Source: Gillisia sp.
Lineage (GTDB): Bacteria; Bacteroidota; Bacteroidia; Flavobacteriales; Flavobacteriaceae
NCBI GenBank assembly: GCA_039989915.1
Contig: JBDXGW010000001.1
Span: forward strand, 193,527 to 257,526
DNA length: 64,000 nt
Direction: 5' to 3'
Shown piece by piece: positions 20,263 to 29,478 of the stretch; position 1 is the first letter of the stretch, and every line of letters begins with the position of its first letter. The position numbers and the translations under genes were made by a program. The notes under the pieces are model-generated. The model was not told the DNA's origin. It worked only from the letters and a program-made list of their open reading frames with translations, and ran no database searches.

Positions 20263-21660
20263 ATGACAAAAATTTTTCTTTTTCTCTTTACAGTCTTGCT
20301 TTTTTTATCCTGTAAGAAAAGTGATAAAGGGTCATATGACATCCTCATATCCAATGTAAAGATCGTAGATGTAGAATATGGAAAAGTTACCACGGGAAAG
20401 CTTATCTTAATTGAAGGTGATACTATTAGAAGAATAGTAGATGAGAAGGAAATAAACAATTTCGTTGCAAAGGAGACTTTAGATGCCGGGGGAGGATTCA
20501 TTATGCCCGGGTTGTGGGATATGCATGTGCATTTTAGAGGGGGAGATACCCTCATCGCTGAAAATAAAGATCTTTTGCCCTTGTTTCTTGCCTATGGAAT
20601 TACCTCAATTAGAGATGCAGGTGGAGATATTACTCCCGCTTTACTGGAATGGCGCGATCAAATAACCCAAGGGGATTTGGATGGCCCGAGGATTTTCACT
20701 CCCGGGCCTAAACTCGATGGAACCAACCCTGCCTGGCCCGGCTCTATAAGGGTGACCACTGTAGAAGAAATCGAAAAAGCTTTGGATTCGCTGGAATCCT
20801 TAGGGGTAGATTATGTAAAGATGTATGATGGAAACCTTACGAAAGAGGCTTTTTACGAGATCATTAAAGCAGCTGGAAAACGCGGACTCAAAACTACGGG
20901 GCATATGCCGCTTACTGCAAATTTTATGGAGGCTATTGATCACGGCCTGGACGGCTCAGAACATATGTATTATCCACTGAAGGCCTGTTCTCCAATTTCA
21001 GATAGTCTTACAGATCTCAACAGGGGGTATGGAATTGTGGAACAGCTTATAGATTCTTATGATCCGGAACTTGCCGATGAGGTTTTTAAGGAAATGAGTG
21101 CTAAAAATGTGTTTGTAACCCCAACCTTATATATAGGTACTACCCTGGCAGAAATTCTGGAAAAAGATCACAGCAGGGATAGCCTTCTTAATTTTGTAGG
21201 GCGCGGAATACAGGAGACTTACAAAGGTAGGGTTGAAGGGGCAAAGCGGGCCCAGGCCTCCGGTAGCGAAATGAGGCAAAAAATGGAGGCTATAAGCGCC
21301 AGGATGATAAGGCCTATGTATGATGCGGGAGTATCTATTCTGGCCGGGTCAGATTGTGGTGCTTTCAATTCTTATGTGTATCCCGGGGAGTCTTTGCTGG
21401 GAGAATTGAAATCCCTGGTAGGAGCGGGACTTACTCCCCGGGAGGCTCTGGAAACATCTGTGATCAACGGACCAAAATTCTTTGATCTGCTGGAATTTTT
21501 TGGAAGTGTGGGTCAAGGAAAGGTTGCTCATTTAGTTCTGCTTGATGAGAATCCGCTGGAAGATCTGGCAAACCTTGGAAATCCGGCAGCTGTTATAAAA
21601 TCCGGTAAGGTCTATACCCGGAAGAAACTTTCAGCATTGATGGAAGAAATAAAAAATTAA
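20263..21660 (+). CDS. Amidohydrolase-family metal-dependent hydrolase (secreted or lipoprotein)
   Basis: Lipobox LLFLSC. HxH metal motif in MPGLWDMHVHF. AGSDCG near the C-terminus. Confidence 0.85.
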   Translation: MTKIFLFLFTVLLFLSCKKSDKGSYDILISNVKIVDVEYGKVTTGKLILIEGDTIRRIVDEKEINNFVAKETLDAGGGFIMPGLWDMHVHFRGGDTLIAENKDLLPLFLAYGITSIRDAGGDITPALLEWRDQITQGDLDGPRIFTPGPKLDGTNPAWPGSIRVTTVEEIEKALDSLESLGVDYVKMYDGNLTKEAFYEIIKAAGKRGLKTTGHMPLTANFMEAIDHGLDGSEHMYYPLKACSPISDSLTDLNRGYGIVEQLIDSYDPELADEVFKEMSAKNVFVTPTLYIGTTLAEILEKDHSRDSLLNFVGRGIQETYKGRVEGAKRAQASGSEMRQKMEAISARMIRPMYDAGVSILAGSDCGAFNSYVYPGESLLGELKSLVGAGLTPREALETSVINGPKFFDLLEFFGSVGQGKVAHLVLLDENPLEDLANLGNPAAVIKSGKVYTRKKLSALMEEIKN

Positions 21661-21874
21661 ATTATTTGATAATGTGCTGTATTATCCAGGCCACAAGTCT
21701 GTGATAAGGTTGTTAATTAAACTATTCCCATTTTTCCAAACCTGCAAAATTAAAGTTAATTAACAGTATTTGGGGTTTGTCAAGAGCCTAAAATCCTAAT
21801 TTAATGCTGGGAAATATATTTTCCTGAAGCATAATAGCTTTAAGGGAAGGATTTTAATTTCATAGAACTTAGGA

Positions 21875-22822
21875 ATGACTAAAATTGAAGATTTTGATGT
21901 GATCATTATAGGGGGGAGTTACGCGGGCCTCTCTGCCGCACTTAGCCTTGGCAGGGCGTTACGAAAAACCCTGGTCATAGATAGCGGCACTCCCTGTAAC
22001 GAGCAAACCCCGCATTCCCATAACTTTTTGACGCGGGATGGGGAAACTCCCGGCGAACTTTCCGGAAAGGCAAAAAAAGAAGTGATGCAATATCCATCAG
22101 TGCATTTTGAGGAAGATAGAGTAGTGGCCGCCTCCAAAAACCAGGATCATTTTAAGATCCAGACCGAAGAGAAAAAACTGTATAAGGCCAAAAAACTGAT
22201 TTTTGCTACCGGTCTTATTGATATTATACCTGAAATAGCAGGGTTTGCCGAATGCTGGGGCATCTCTATCCTGCACTGTCCCTACTGTCACGGTTTTGAA
22301 AACAAAAATGTAAAGACCGGGGTATTTGCCAATGGGCAGGCAGCGTATGACCAGGCGAAATTTCTTTCCAACTGGACCAAAGAACTAACGGTTTTTACCG
22401 ATGGTAAATCTACACTTACAGCAGCGCAAACCGCGAACTTAAAGGACCGTAATATACCGCTTGAGGAAAAAGAAATTGAGGGTTTTGAACACAACGATGG
22501 GCATATAACCAACATTGTCTTTAAAGATGGTTCCAAAGAACCACTCAAAGCCCTGTATGCCACTCCCGAGGTAAAGCAACAAACCGAACTGCCGGAAGAA
22601 CTGGGATGCGAGTTCACTGAGCATGGAAGGATCGAGGTAGATATATTTCAAAAAACCAATGTAGAAGGCGTATACGCCGCAGGTGATAATTCCTCAATGG
22701 GAAGATCTGTGGCGGTTGCCGTCGCGGCGGGCTCGGTTGCAGGGATGCTTATCAATAAGGAGATCATAGAAGACGAATTTTCCATAGGGGAGGAAATAGG
22801 AAATCCTGAAGAAGTAAAATAA
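21875..22822 (+). CDS. NAD(P)/FAD-dependent oxidoreductase (thioredoxin-reductase-like)
   Basis: FAD GxGxxG motif DVIIIGGSYAGLSAA. CxxC redox pair in HCPYCHG. C-terminal GD motif VYAAGDN. Confidence 0.85.
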   Translation: MTKIEDFDVIIIGGSYAGLSAALSLGRALRKTLVIDSGTPCNEQTPHSHNFLTRDGETPGELSGKAKKEVMQYPSVHFEEDRVVAASKNQDHFKIQTEEKKLYKAKKLIFATGLIDIIPEIAGFAECWGISILHCPYCHGFENKNVKTGVFANGQAAYDQAKFLSNWTKELTVFTDGKSTLTAAQTANLKDRNIPLEEKEIEGFEHNDGHITNIVFKDGSKEPLKALYATPEVKQQTELPEELGCEFTEHGRIEVDIFQKTNVEGVYAAGDNSSMGRSVAVAVAAGSVAGMLINKEIIEDEFSIGEEIGNPEEVK

Positions 22823-22906
22823 ACCCTTTCATTGCTCATAAATTATAAAGAGAAATTTTTTCCCGGTGCTGAAAGTTTGGATTTAGACATAGTTCTTTAA
22901 ATTAAA

Positions 22907-23251
22907 ATGAATATTATGAAATACTTCCTGGTTATTATAAATATTATGCTCTTTTCCGGTTGTGATCTCGAGGGTAACAACGGAGAAGAGATTAAGATGC
23001 GCGTGAACAGCTTTTCGGTAGAATGCGTTGGGGAAATGGAAGGAACCTGTTTGCTGGTGCAGGAAGGGGATAAAATAGGTACCGGAGAATGGGAATATTT
23101 TTATTATCATGACAGCATTATAGGTTTTGACTATGAACCCGGTTACATTTATGATCTCATTGTAAAGAGGAAAGAAATTGCCAATCTGCCGCAGGATGGT
23201 TCTGCTTTTGAATATGAACTTATAAAGATTGTTTCAAAGGAAAAAGTATAA
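22907..23251 (+). CDS. Small DUF4377-like lipoprotein
   Basis: Lipobox LFSGC. The pattern ...W..F...I.GF.YEPGY.Y.L.V matches what I recall of DUF4377. Confidence 0.7.
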   Translation: MNIMKYFLVIINIMLFSGCDLEGNNGEEIKMRVNSFSVECVGEMEGTCLLVQEGDKIGTGEWEYFYYHDSIIGFDYEPGYIYDLIVKRKEIANLPQDGSAFEYELIKIVSKEKV

Positions 23252-23345
23252 TTTAAAGGATATTTCCCGCATTAAGTGGCGTAAAAAATATATATTATCT
23301 ACAGCCGGGGCTTAAAGCCCCTTTTCAATATTAAAAGATCATTCC

Positions 23346-25178
23346 TTGCCAAGACCAAAAACCACGCTTGAACCCAATAAGATAAATTTCAGGGAAAGCT
23401 TCGCTTCCTTAAAATTTGTTCCCCGCTTTTTTAAAGAGATACGCGACGTAAATCCGTTGCTGTTCTATACCAACCTTGTACTGCGATTGTTGAATGCCAT
23501 CTTACCGGTGGTGATGCTGTATATAGGAAAGCTCATAATAGATGAGGTGGTGCTTCAAATCGCGGCAGATCTTCAGGATCTGGACAGGCTCTGGATCCTC
23601 GTGGGCACCGAGTTTGCCCTGGCAATAATTTCAGATCTTTTGAGCCGTGGGATAAGTTTGAGCGATGCCCTGTTGGGAGACCAGTATTCTATAAATACCT
23701 CTGTGAAGATCATTAAGAAGACATCAGAGCTGAACCTTGACCAATTGGAGGATTCCGAATTCTACGACAAGCTGGAACGCGCCCGGCAGCAAACTACGGG
23801 CAGGGTAGGGCTTATGTCCAATATACTTACCCAGGGAGAAGATATCATCGTAATAGTTTCCCTGCTGGCGGGGGTGGTGACCTTTGAACCCTGGCTTATC
23901 ATCCTGTTGGTGGTTTCCATAATTCCCACCATCATAAATGAGATAAAATTCAGCGGCACCAGTTATTCCCTGGCACGCAGCTGGACACAGGAACGCCGGG
24001 AACTGGATTATTTACGGTATGCCGGGGCAAGTGATGTAACTGCCAAAGAGGTGAAGCTTTTTGGCTTGTCAGACTATCTGGCTGCCCGGTTCAAAAACCT
24101 GTCAGACCAATATTATTCCCAAAGCAAGAAGCTGGCTAAACAGCGTGCCGCCTGGGGTTCGGTTTTTAACGTGATTGGGACCGCGGCTTATTACGGGGCC
24201 TATGTTTTTATAATCTTCAGAACAGTGGCGGGCATATTTTCCCTGGGAGACCTTACATTTTTGTCCGGCGCCTTTAACCGGCTTCGGTCTAAATTACAGG
24301 GGTTTTTCACCAGGTTTACGGCTATTACAGAGAGTGCCCTCTACCTGCAGGATTATTTCGAGTTTATGGATATGAAATATTCTGAAGAAGAAAAAGAGGA
24401 AAAACTGCCGTTGCCCGAAAAACTTCAGAAAGGTTTTGAGTTTAAAAATGTGGGATTCAAATATCCGAAATCTGATATTTGGGTAGTACGGCATATAAAT
24501 TTTGAATTGCGGGCCGGTGAAAAACTTGCGTTTGTAGGGGAGAACGGCGCAGGGAAAACCACGCTTATAAAATTGTTGCTAAGGTTCTATGAGCCTACAG
24601 AGGGTGAGATCCTCCTGGATGGCATTCCGGTGAGGGAATACGATCAAACCCGGTATCAGCAATATTTTGGGGTGATCTTCCAGGATTTCGTAAAATTTGA
24701 ACTCACCCTGCGGGAGAACATTGCAATGGGGGAGATTGGGGAAATTGGGAATCAGCCCCGCATTGACAGCGCGGCTGAAAAAAGCCTTGCCAACGAAGTA
24801 ATATCTGCCCTGCCAAAAGGCTATGACCAGCAATTGGGGAAAAGGTTCAAACAGGGCAAAGACCTTTCGGGCGGGCAATGGCAAAAGATCGCAATAGCCC
24901 GGGCCTATATGAAAGACGCGGAGGTTTTGATCCTGGATGAGCCAACTTCAGCCCTGGATGCTAGGGCAGAGACTGAAGCTTTTCAGCGCTTTATAAAACT
25001 CACCGAAGGCAAGACCGCTGTGATCATTTCCCACCGCTTCAGCACCGTGCGAATTGCCGACAGGATCATGGTGCTTAAGGACGGGGCGGTACTTGAGATA
25101 GGCACCCACGAGGAATTGATGCAAAATAACAAGCTGTATGCCGAGCTTTTTAATCTGCAGGCGGCGGGGTATCAGTAA
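23346..25178 (+). CDS. ABC transporter, fused permease/ATPase (exporter type)
   Basis: Six-TM N-terminal half. Walker A GENGAGKTT, signature LSGGQWQKIAIARA and Walker B ILDEPTS. TTG start in the ORF track. Confidence 0.9.
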   Translation: MPRPKTTLEPNKINFRESFASLKFVPRFFKEIRDVNPLLFYTNLVLRLLNAILPVVMLYIGKLIIDEVVLQIAADLQDLDRLWILVGTEFALAIISDLLSRGISLSDALLGDQYSINTSVKIIKKTSELNLDQLEDSEFYDKLERARQQTTGRVGLMSNILTQGEDIIVIVSLLAGVVTFEPWLIILLVVSIIPTIINEIKFSGTSYSLARSWTQERRELDYLRYAGASDVTAKEVKLFGLSDYLAARFKNLSDQYYSQSKKLAKQRAAWGSVFNVIGTAAYYGAYVFIIFRTVAGIFSLGDLTFLSGAFNRLRSKLQGFFTRFTAITESALYLQDYFEFMDMKYSEEEKEEKLPLPEKLQKGFEFKNVGFKYPKSDIWVVRHINFELRAGEKLAFVGENGAGKTTLIKLLLRFYEPTEGEILLDGIPVREYDQTRYQQYFGVIFQDFVKFELTLRENIAMGEIGEIGNQPRIDSAAEKSLANEVISALPKGYDQQLGKRFKQGKDLSGGQWQKIAIARAYMKDAEVLILDEPTSALDARAETEAFQRFIKLTEGKTAVIISHRFSTVRIADRIMVLKDGAVLEIGTHEELMQNNKLYAELFNLQAAGYQ

Positions 25179-25303
25179 AAATTCGGGAGGTTAAACATGA
25201 ACAGGCTGTGAATAATTTTGGATAAAAGCCGTATCTTATCTTGTAAATAAAATACAGGAATAAGTACATTAGCAGGAATTTAATTTACTAAAATCTCAAG
25301 ATC

Positions 25304-27928
25304 TTGGCCTCCAAAAAATCAAAAGAAACCACTCCGTTAATGAAGCAGTACAATGCGATCAAGGATAAATATCCAGATGCGTTGCTGTTGTTCAGGGTGG
25401 GCGATTTTTATGAGACCTTTGGGGAGGATGCGGTGAGAACCGCGCGCATCTTAAATATAGTGCTCACCAAACGCGGCAATGGCAGCGAGGTAGATACTGC
25501 CCTGGCAGGTTTCCCGCATCATGCGCTCAATACCTATTTGCCCAAGCTGGTGAAAGCCGGGTTGCGGGTTGCGATCTGCGACCAGCTGGAAGATCCCAAG
25601 ATGACCAAGACCATCGTAAAACGGGGGGTAACAGAGTTGGTAACACCCGGGGTTTCTATGAATGATGAGGTGCGGCAAAGCAAATCCAACAATTTTTTAT
25701 GTGCAGTTCACTTCGGAAAGAATACCCTTGGGGTTTCATTTCTGGATGTTTCAACGGGCGAATTTCTTACCGCGCAGGGTTCTTCAGAATATATAGATAA
25801 ATTACTTCAGAATTTTAGCCCAAGTGAGGTGCTTATTCAGAAAAACCAGCGCAAGGAATTCTCAGGAACCTTTGGCGATTCCTATCATTGCTTTTATCTG
25901 GAAGACTGGGTCTTTCGCCATGACTATGCCTATGAGTCGCTCAACGCGCATTTCAGGACCAAATCCCTTAAAGGTTTTGGGGTAGATCATCTGGCCGAAG
26001 GGATTATTTCTGCCGGGGCAATACTCTTCTATCTTGGAGAGACCCAGCACCACAGGCTGCAGCATATAAGTTCTTTAAACCGAATAGCAGAAGAGGAATA
26101 TGTCTGGATGGACAGGTTCACCATAAGGAACCTGGAATTGTATCATTCAAATGCCCAGAATGCTGTTACCCTGCTCGATATTATAGACAAGACAATTTCC
26201 CCTATGGGAGGCAGGTTACTCAAGCGCTGGCTGGCCCTGCCACTCAAAAATGCCGAAAAGATTATGAACCGGCATAAGGTGGTTTCTTATTTTATAGAGA
26301 ACCGGGAAGAGCTTGCAAAAATTCAGCAGCAAATTAAAAGGATAAGCGACCTTGAACGGCTTATTTCCAAGGTTGCCACGGGGAAGATCTGCCCCCGGGA
26401 GGTACTGCATCTCAACAATTCCCTGGAGGCCATTGTGCCAATCAAGGCCTTTGCAATGGATTCTTCAGAAGAAGCCTTAAAAATTATTGGAGATCAACTC
26501 CAGAACTGCGATGTGCTTAGGGCCAAGATCAGGGAAACCCTGCATGAGGATGCGCCGGTGAACATTCTAAAGGGAAATGCGATTGCCCCGGGCTTTAATC
26601 CGGAGCTGGATGAATTGCGGGGGTTGGCGTTCTCGGGAAAAGAATATCTGGAAGGAATGCTGGAACGGGAAACAAAAGCCACGGGGATCTCCTCGCTTAA
26701 AATTGGCAGCAACAACGTATACGGATATTATATTGAAGTGCGCAATACGCATAAGGACAAGGTGCCCGAAACCTGGATACGCAAGCAAACCCTTGTAAAT
26801 GCTGAAAGATATATTACAGAAGAATTAAAGGAATACGAAGGAAAGATCCTGGGAGCCGAGGAAAAGATACAGCAGCTGGAGCAAAATATCTTTCTCAACC
26901 TTGTAAACTGGCTGGGAGATTACATACAACCCGTGCAGCAAAATGCCAGGCTCATAGCCCAGCTGGACTGCCTGTGCTCCTTTGCAAGCCACGCGATAGC
27001 GGAAAATTACACCCAACCCATAATTGACGATTCCCTGGAACTGGAAATAAAGGATGGCCGCCATCCTGTGATAGAGAAACAACTGGCAATGGGAGAATCC
27101 TATGTGACCAACGATCTTTTCCTGGATCGCGAAGCCCAGCAAATAATTATGATCACCGGTCCCAACATGAGCGGGAAGTCGGCAATTTTAAGGCAAACCG
27201 CCCTAATAGTATTGCTGGCCCAAATGGGAAGTTTTGTGCCGGCGGCTTCGGCAAGGATCGGGTTGGTGGATAAGATCTTTACCAGGGTGGGGGCAAGCGA
27301 TAACATTTCTATGGGCGAGTCTACTTTTATGGTAGAGATGAATGAGACGGCCAGTATTTTGAACAATATCTCCAACAGGAGTCTTGTGCTGCTGGACGAG
27401 ATAGGAAGGGGTACAAGCACCTATGACGGGATCTCCATTGCCTGGGCAATAACAGAATATTTGCACGAGCATCCTGCCCGTCCCAAAACCCTGTTTGCAA
27501 CCCACTACCACGAGCTCAACGATATGGGGGAGACCTTTAAGCGTATAAAAAATTACAATGTATCGGTCAAGGAATTAAAGGATACGGTGCTGTTCCTTAG
27601 AAAACTGGTTCCCGGCGGGAGCGCGCACAGCTTCGGGATCCACGTAGCCAGGATGGCGGGAATGCCGCAAATGGTGATCTCGAGGGCAAATAAGATCCTG
27701 AAGAAGCTTGAAAAATCTCATCAAATGGAAGAGACCGGCGAGGTTTTAAGGAACTCGGCCGAAAAGGATATGCAGCTTAGCTTCTTTAATCTGGATGATC
27801 CTTTGTTGCAGGAGTTGAAGGAGGAACTGATGCATATTGATATAGATACGCTTACTCCCATAGAGGCCTTGATGAAGTTAAGCGAAATAAAACGAATGCT
27901 TGCCGGCAAACAGAAGGCCAGGGTATAG
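25304..27928 (+). CDS. mutS: DNA mismatch repair protein MutS
   Basis: N-terminus [34 protein letters not shown]. Walker [21 protein letters not shown] and THYHEL are present. TTG start. Confidence 0.95.
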   Translation: MASKKSKETTPLMKQYNAIKDKYPDALLLFRVGDFYETFGEDAVRTARILNIVLTKRGNGSEVDTALAGFPHHALNTYLPKLVKAGLRVAICDQLEDPKMTKTIVKRGVTELVTPGVSMNDEVRQSKSNNFLCAVHFGKNTLGVSFLDVSTGEFLTAQGSSEYIDKLLQNFSPSEVLIQKNQRKEFSGTFGDSYHCFYLEDWVFRHDYAYESLNAHFRTKSLKGFGVDHLAEGIISAGAILFYLGETQHHRLQHISSLNRIAEEEYVWMDRFTIRNLELYHSNAQNAVTLLDIIDKTISPMGGRLLKRWLALPLKNAEKIMNRHKVVSYFIENREELAKIQQQIKRISDLERLISKVATGKICPREVLHLNNSLEAIVPIKAFAMDSSEEALKIIGDQLQNCDVLRAKIRETLHEDAPVNILKGNAIAPGFNPELDELRGLAFSGKEYLEGMLERETKATGISSLKIGSNNVYGYYIEVRNTHKDKVPETWIRKQTLVNAERYITEELKEYEGKILGAEEKIQQLEQNIFLNLVNWLGDYIQPVQQNARLIAQLDCLCSFASHAIAENYTQPIIDDSLELEIKDGRHPVIEKQLAMGESYVTNDLFLDREAQQIIMITGPNMSGKSAILRQTALIVLLAQMGSFVPAASARIGLVDKIFTRVGASDNISMGESTFMVEMNETASILNNISNRSLVLLDEIGRGTSTYDGISIAWAITEYLHEHPARPKTLFATHYHELNDMGETFKRIKNYNVSVKELKDTVLFLRKLVPGGSAHSFGIHVARMAGMPQMVISRANKILKKLEKSHQMEETGEVLRNSAEKDMQLSFFNLDDPLLQELKEELMHIDIDTLTPIEALMKLSEIKRMLAGKQKARV

Positions 27929-28097
27929 AAGGCAGCCGAGGTTTATTATAGCAGTATTTGAGGAGCAGAAATATTGAAAAATATCCGGTTAAGCTGAAAA
28001 ACAGCCAGTTATGAAAGAGCTGAAATTTCTCACTGAAAATGCTTGATTGAAGGGTTCAAATTTTCAGAAAAAACCTTTGGTATTATAAGAATTGTAT

Positions 28098-28105
28098 TAA
28101 ATTTG
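28098..28105 (+). promoter_or_regulatory. Candidate -7 box (TAAATTTG) for the tRNA pair
   Basis: TAnnTTTG match about 57 nt upstream of tRNA-Gly, with a TTTG about 20 nt further upstream. Confidence 0.35.
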
Positions 28106-28161
28106 CAACCGCAATTAATACCTGCGCTTGTGCCTTTGGTGCAAAAAGTTCATTAAAAATC

Positions 28162-28237
28162 GCGAAAATAGCTCAGTTGGTAGAGCGCCACCTTGCCAAG
28201 GTGGAGGTCGCGGGTTCGAATCCCGTTTTTCGCTCCA
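28162..28237 (+). tRNA. tRNA-Gly (anticodon GCC), CCA encoded
   Basis: Cloverleaf traced by hand: acceptor gcgaaaa/ttttcgc, D-arm agctcagttggtagagc, anticodon stem ccacc/ggtgg with loop ttGCCaa, and T-arm gcggg-ttcgaat-cccgt. Confidence 0.95.
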
Positions 28238-28249
28238 CTTAAGATCCTT

Positions 28250-28335
28250 GCTCGGATGGTGGAATTGGTAGACACGTTGGACTTAAAATCCAATGATCAG
28301 CAACGGTCGTGCGGGTTCAAGTCCCGCTCCGAGTA
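28250..28335 (+). tRNA. tRNA-Leu (anticodon TAA), long variable arm
   Basis: Acceptor gctcgga/tccgagt, anticodon loop ctTAAaa, long variable arm tgatcagcaacggtcgt, and T-arm gcggg-ttcaagt-cccgc. Confidence 0.9.
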
Positions 28336-28340
28336 CTTTA

Positions 28341-28375
28341 AACCCTGTTAATCGCTTGATTAACAGGGTTTTTTG
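28341..28375 (+). terminator. Rho-independent terminator after the tRNA pair
   Basis: 13-bp perfect stem aaccctgttaatc/gattaacagggtt, loop gctt, then TTTTTG. Confidence 0.85.
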
Positions 28376-28564
28376 TTATGAATGGATTTGAATTTCCCCA
28401 CATTATCCTATATAAGTATCTGATAGTACTAAAAAAAACGGAGGTTTTTTGGAGTATAAATTTCTATATATTGCATCAACGTTACTTTCTGCTGCTTTTA
28501 AAGCTTTATGCCCCTAACCATTCAATGCAGAATTTTTAGTATCATTTTTAAAAATTCCTCAGCT

Positions 28565-29041
28565 ATGAAAACAATTTTATTTTTAATATCTTTTTTCATT
28601 ATCATCCTTTCAGCTAATACACAGGCTCTCGATATGGTGGACTCAGATAAACTTCTTGTTAACAACATCCTCACTTATCAAACTTCTAAATCTGAAATAA
28701 TAAGTGCGATGGGAGATCCTGCTTCTGTTACAACCGAATATTGGGAGATGGATGAGGAGGATGTTGAGAAGTTAAATTATCCCGGAGCTGTTCTTTATTT
28801 AAAGAATGGTACGATGGAAAGCTTTTGTTTGACCGGTCCTGAGCATTCATTAAAACTTAACAATACAGTGGTTAAAACCGGAAATAATATCTTAACCCTG
28901 CAGCGTGCTTTTCCTGCTTCTTATAATAACAGAGGGCGGGATGGTTTATCGATTAATGTAGCGCCAGGGGATTATAAATTCATACTTGTTCACTTTGATT
29001 CAGGAAATATCATCACCAAAATTGAACAACGTTATTATTAG
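28565..29041 (+). CDS. Hypothetical secreted protein (158 aa)
   Basis: ORF with signal peptide MKTILFLISFFIIILSANTQA. I recognise no motif. The context is AT-rich, next to tRNA genes. Confidence 0.55.
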   Translation: MKTILFLISFFIIILSANTQALDMVDSDKLLVNNILTYQTSKSEIISAMGDPASVTTEYWEMDEEDVEKLNYPGAVLYLKNGTMESFCLTGPEHSLKLNNTVVKTGNNILTLQRAFPASYNNRGRDGLSINVAPGDYKFILVHFDSGNIITKIEQRYY

Positions 29042-29117
29042 GGATTTCTCTAATTCCTTTTTATTTTAATTATTGAATGTCTTCTTATTTGACGTGGCTT
29101 AAAGTTGATAAAAGGTT

Positions 29118-29402
29118 AGCCCTGAAGGGGTGTCATATTGGAACGATGGGTTCAACCCATCGTATAAAGAGCGTACTAGTCCAATTAGCCCCGAAGGGGT
29201 GGAATATATAATACCCCCGGAAAAACATACCTTATTAATGTCGCCCCGTCAGGGCTGGAGGGTAAGAGCTATGCTGTTTTACATCACGTTTCACGGGATG
29301 TTTGTTAATTGCGCCCTTTTAGGGCTTTAATTATGTGGGTTTAAAATACCCTCTAAGGGGTGTAATATAAGAACGATGGGTTGAGCCCACCATATAAAAA
29401 GC
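29118..29402. repeat. Cluster of REP-like hairpin repeats
   Basis: Two copies of about 55 bp (29118-29172 and 29347-29402, about 80% identical). Each carries GCCCY-loop-RGGGGT and cgatggg-ttcaa-cccatcg hairpins. Three more GCCC(C/T)...(A/G)GGGC hairpins lie at 29188, 29243 and 29313. Confidence 0.75.
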
Positions 29403-29432
29403 AGATTTATTCTTAAAGCCAATTAAATAAAA

Positions 29433-29456
29433 AAAGCCCCTGATTTCAGGGGCTTT
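29433..29456 (-). terminator. Rho-independent terminator of the M16 peptidase gene
   Basis: On the minus strand, aaagcccctga-aa-tcaggggcttt is followed by T7. Confidence 0.8.
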
Positions 29457-29478
29457 GGCTTACATAAAAATTTAAAAA

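Noticed and set aside
20263-21660. Two amidohydrolase paralogs (20263-21660 and 63071-64000) as a possible linked system.
   Set aside because: They lie 41 kb apart in unrelated neighbourhoods. Such periplasmic amidohydrolases are common multi-copy housekeeping genes in flavobacteria.
28376-28564. Integrase, prophage or att-site remnants next to tRNA-Leu.
   Set aside because: No recombinase-like ORF is present, and I could find no second copy of the tRNA 3' end in the following 1.2 kb.
29130-29330. 66-aa ORF in the track (MSYWNDGFNPSYKERTSPISPEGVEY...).
   Set aside because: It lies entirely within the REP-like hairpin cluster. The peptide is the typical spurious translation of such palindromic repeats.
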